This document shows positions 57,070 through 64,000 of a stretch of DNA of 64,000 bases, one piece after another. This DNA is from Deltaproteobacteria bacterium (GTDB taxonomy: Bacteria > Myxococcota > Kuafuiibacteriia > Kuafuiibacteriales > Kuafuiibacteriaceae), in contig JAVJQW010000006.1 of assembly GCA_040218735.1 (NCBI GenBank), forward strand, positions 96,001 through 160,000, read 5' to 3'. Each line of letters starts with the position of its first letter. Positions within the stretch are counted from its first letter, which is position 1. The translations under genes were made by a program, and so were the position numbers. The notes under the pieces were generated by a model. That model was given only the letters and a program-made list of their open reading frames with translations. It did not search any database and was not told where the DNA came from.

Positions 57070-57522
57070 ATGGCGAAGAAGATTCTTGCCCAGATCAAGC
57101 TGCAGGTGCCGGCCGGCAAGGCCAACCCGGCCCCGCCCGTAGGCCCCGCGCTCGGCCAGCACGGCGTCAACATCATGGACTTCTGCAAGAAGTTCAACGC
57201 GGTGACGCAGGAGCAGATGAAGGACAACCTGATCATCCCCGTGGTGATCACGGTCTACGCCGACCGCTCCTTCTCGTTCATCACCAAGTCGCCGCCGGCG
57301 TCGGTGCTGATCAAGAAGGCGATCGGGCTGCACCTGAACAAGAAGCCCGCGTCCGGCTCGCGTGAGCCCGGCAAGGTGAAGGTCGGCAAGATCACCGTGT
57401 CGCAGTGCGAAGCGATCGCCGAGATGAAGATGAACGACCTGAACGCCAACGACAAAGTGGCGGGCGGGCGCATCATCGCCGGCACCGCGCGCTCGATGGG
57501 CATCGACGTCATCCCCGGGTGA
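57070..57522 (+). CDS. rplK: 50S ribosomal protein L11
   Basis: [27 protein letters not shown]. Confidence 0.97.
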   Translation: MAKKILAQIKLQVPAGKANPAPPVGPALGQHGVNIMDFCKKFNAVTQEQMKDNLIIPVVITVYADRSFSFITKSPPASVLIKKAIGLHLNKKPASGSREPGKVKVGKITVSQCEAIAEMKMNDLNANDKVAGGRIIAGTARSMGIDVIPG

Positions 57523-57605
57523 CGTTGTCGCGTCGCGTCTCGTCAGGGGCGCGCGTGTTCCATTGGGTGTAATCCACTCACGATAACGCTCTTCGGAGCA
57601 CACCG

Positions 57606-57647
57606 GCAGGAGGTGCGGGTCATCGGGGCTCGGCCGTTTGCACTGCG
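57606..57647 (+). promoter_or_regulatory. Possible L1-binding operator upstream of rplA
   Basis: GCAGGAG...CACTGC stem with an internal GAG bulge, next to the rplA RBS; position typical of L1 autoregulation. Confidence 0.35.
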
Positions 57648-57659
57648 GGAGGATTGAAG

Positions 57660-58355
57660 ATGAAGAAGTTCGGAAAGAAGTACCGAAAAGTCGCCGAGCT
57701 CGTGGAGCAGGGGAAGAAGTACTCCGTCGCGGAGGCGTGTGATCTGGTGAAGCAGACCGCAACCGCGAAGTTCGACGAGACCATCGAGGTCGCCGTGAAG
57801 CTCGGCGTCGACCCGCGTCACGCGGACCAGATGATCCGCGGCGCCGTGGTCCTCCCCGGAGGCACCGGCAAGACGCAGCGCGTGGCGGTGTTCTGCCGCG
57901 GCGAGAACCAGCAGGCGGCGAAGGACGCGGGCGCGGACTTCGTCGGTGCGGAGGATCTGGTCGAGCAGGTCCAGGGCGGCTTCATGGACTTCGACGTCGT
58001 CGTCGCCTCGCCGGACATGATGGCGCTCGTCGGCCGCCTCGGCCGAGTGCTTGGCCCGCGCGGCCTGATGCCGAACCCGAAGACGGGCACGGTGACGCCG
58101 GACGTCGCGAAGGCCGTCTCGGACGCGAAGGGTGGCAAGATCGAGTACCGCACGGAGCGCACCGGCATCGTGCACGCGCCGATCGGCAAGGCGTCGTTCG
58201 AGCCGACCGCGCTCGCGCAGAACCTGACGACGGTGATCGACGCGCTGAACCGCGCGAAGCCGTCCTCGGCGAAGGGTACGTACATGCAGTCGGTGACCAT
58301 CGCTTGCACGATGGGCCCCGGGATCCGCGTGGATCCGGGATCGACCGAGGCGTGA
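57660..58355 (+). CDS. rplA: 50S ribosomal protein L1
   Basis: [38 protein letters not shown]; start TTG 57654 or ATG 57660. Confidence 0.97.
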   Translation: MKKFGKKYRKVAELVEQGKKYSVAEACDLVKQTATAKFDETIEVAVKLGVDPRHADQMIRGAVVLPGGTGKTQRVAVFCRGENQQAAKDAGADFVGAEDLVEQVQGGFMDFDVVVASPDMMALVGRLGRVLGPRGLMPNPKTGTVTPDVAKAVSDAKGGKIEYRTERTGIVHAPIGKASFEPTALAQNLTTVIDALNRAKPSSAKGTYMQSVTIACTMGPGIRVDPGSTEA

Positions 58356-58364
58356 GGCGACCCG

Positions 58365-58490
58365 GCAGCTCGCAGTGAGCAGCTGGCAGCAGGAGGAGCG
58401 AGGCGAACGATCGAGATTCAGTGAGCGGCGATGGCAGTGAGGCCCCGATGGGGATCCGACTGCGAGCTGCAGACTGAGAGCTAAGAGCTC
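58365..58490. repeat. Heptamer-periodic inverted-repeat element
   Basis: gcagctcgcagt (58365-58376) pairs with actgcgagctgc (58459-58470); roughly 7-nt periodic AGCT units in both arms. Confidence 0.6.
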
Positions 58491-58543
58491 ATCCGAGACA
58501 GCGGGTGGTGCTTCGGCGCCTTAATGATGCCCGCCGAGATGGG
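58490..58543 (+). promoter_or_regulatory. L10 leader (rplJ autoregulatory RNA)
   Basis: AGACAGCGGG...TTAA...CCCGCCGAG kink-turn-type pattern upstream of rplJ. Confidence 0.7.
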
Positions 58544-58626
58544 GCGCGATGCTTCCGAGCCCGTCGGAGCGTTGGCGCCACTTGGATGGCGGAAACGACA
58601 ACCGACGGGAAGGAGGTGAATGACTC

Positions 58627-59160
58627 ATGCCCATGACTCGCCAGGCCAAAGAGGCCATGGTGGCGGACCTCGCGGACAAGTTCTCGCGAGCGAAGTCTGC
58701 GTTGGTCGCGAACTACACGGGGCTCGACGTCGCTTCGGTGACGGAGATCCGCGCCGCGTATCGCGAGGTCGACGTCGAATACAAGGTCGTGAAGAACACG
58801 CTGGTGAAGCGTGCGCTCGCGGGCACCGCGCTGGAGAAGCTCGGTGAAGCCTTCGTGGGACCGACCGCGGTCGCGTTCAAGTTCGACGACGAGGCAGGCA
58901 AGCTCGGCAAGGCGACCGAGGAGCTTCAGAAGAAGTTCAAGAAGCTCGAGGTCAAGGCCGGCTACATCGAGGAGGATCTCCTCGAAGGGGACATCGTTGG
59001 AACGATGGCCAAGGTGCCGACCCTCGACGAGGCCCGCGCTCAGCTGCTCGGCTTGCTGAACACCCCGGCGTCCAAGCTGCTCGCGCAGATCAATGCGCCG
59101 GCGCAGCAGGTCGCTGGTGTCATCCAGGCCAAGAAGCAGAAGGACGAGGAGAGCGCTTAG
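58627..59160 (+). CDS. rplJ: 50S ribosomal protein L10
   Basis: YTGLDV, VVKNTL, GPTA; RBS AGGAGG. Confidence 0.96.
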   Translation: MPMTRQAKEAMVADLADKFSRAKSALVANYTGLDVASVTEIRAAYREVDVEYKVVKNTLVKRALAGTALEKLGEAFVGPTAVAFKFDDEAGKLGKATEELQKKFKKLEVKAGYIEEDLLEGDIVGTMAKVPTLDEARAQLLGLLNTPASKLLAQINAPAQQVAGVIQAKKQKDEESA

Positions 59161-59226
59161 GCGCCTCTCCACATCAAACTTTCGAAACGATTTGCGGCGC
59201 GATGACGCCGCGCAAGGAGATTGAAA

Positions 59227-59616
59227 ATGGCTGATCTGGAGAAGATTGCTGAAGACCTCGGGTCGCTGACCGTCGTGCAGGCGGCCGACCTCGTGAAGAT
59301 GCTCGAAGAGAAGTGGGGCGTGAAGGCGGCGTCCGGTGGCGGCGCCATCGATCCCGCGATGCTCGCCGCGATGGCGGGTGGCGGCGCGGCCGCGGCCGAG
59401 GAGCAGACGGAGTTCAACGTCATCCTCGCCGAGGTCGGCTCCGAGAAGATCAAGGTCATCAAGGAGGTCCGTGCGATCACCGGCCTGGGTCTCAAGGAGG
59501 CCAAGGAGCTCGTCGACAACGCGCCCAAGCCCGTCAAGGAGGGCGTCGAGAAGGCCGAGGCCGACGAGCTCAAGAAGAAGCTCGAAGAGGCCGGCGCCAA
59601 GGTCGAGATCAAGTAA
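59227..59616 (+). CDS. rplL: 50S ribosomal protein L7/L12
   Basis: [36 protein letters not shown]. Confidence 0.97.
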   Translation: MADLEKIAEDLGSLTVVQAADLVKMLEEKWGVKAASGGGAIDPAMLAAMAGGGAAAAEEQTEFNVILAEVGSEKIKVIKEVRAITGLGLKEAKELVDNAPKPVKEGVEKAEADELKKKLEEAGAKVEIK

Positions 59617-59732
59617 GCTGGCAGCCCACAGCTCGCAGCTGGCGGCCGGACGCGCGTTCGAGACTCAGGGGATCCTCCGATCTCCTAGGAATGGATCGAC
59701 GAATCCGGCTGTTGGCTGCCCGCTGAAAGCTG
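59616..59732. repeat. Second heptamer-periodic inverted-repeat element
   Basis: agctggc-agcccac-agctcgc-agctggc ... ggctgtt-ggctgcc-cgctgaa-agctg; shares cagctcgcag and agctggcagc with 58365-58390. Confidence 0.55.
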
Positions 59733-59743
59733 TTCGTTGTCGC

Positions 59744-59782
59744 AAGGCGTCGAGGGGATTCCTCGACGCCTTTCGGCGTTTT
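59744..59782 (+). terminator. rplL-rpoB terminator/attenuator hairpin
   Basis: aaggcgtcgagg / cctcgacgcctt 12-bp stem followed by T-rich sequence. Confidence 0.7.
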
Positions 59783-59997
59783 ATATAGGGGTTTCGTCGC
59801 TAGGGTTATTTTGTAACCGATTTTTCCGCTTGACTTCAGAGGTGGGCCCGAACATGTCGGGCACACTTCCCTTCATCCCGGAGCTTGGTGTGTGCCGACC
59901 GAATGGACTTGGCATTGCATTGGCGCCGAGGTGACGGCGGAGCGACACAACGAATGCGCGCGTCGACGGGCGTGCGCGGTCGGGAGTAGAGAGTCCG

Positions 59998-64000
<4,003 letters not shown>

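Overview
High-GC bacterial chromosomal window; gene content (DUF4388, PEGA, CHAT-TPR and Cys-rich lipoproteins) suggests Myxococcota or a related deltaproteobacterium. Left part: a DUF4388-ParA fusion, a DUF3050 gene, then a ~10 kb lower-GC island inserted in the 3' end of the tmRNA gene (24-bp att duplication at 3608-3631 and 13614-13637). The island carries a broken tyrosine integrase, a 2017-aa nuclease-STAND ATPase protein (AVAST/Avs-like anti-phage candidate) and a PEGA-repeat protein. ssrA sits directly downstream of an alphaproteobacterial-type sspB. Middle: selB, an S8 lipoprotein protease, an ECF41 sigma factor/oxidoreductase pair, a UDP-sugar dehydrogenase, a Cys-rich lipoprotein gene between ~77-bp direct repeats, truD, pspA-HEAT-degenerate HD-GYP-glpD, a pseudokinase, a DUF1318 lipoprotein abutting a 2790-aa propeller-TPR-double-CHAT lipoprotein, and an MBOAT gene with an in-frame TGA. 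Right part: pyrF, rlmB, tRNA-Thr/Tyr/Gly/Thr/Trp (no tuf or rpmG in between), secE, nusG, an inserted orphan ORF, rplK-rplA-rplJ-rplL and rpoB (cut by the window end). All calls come from reading motifs by eye; no database searches were run.
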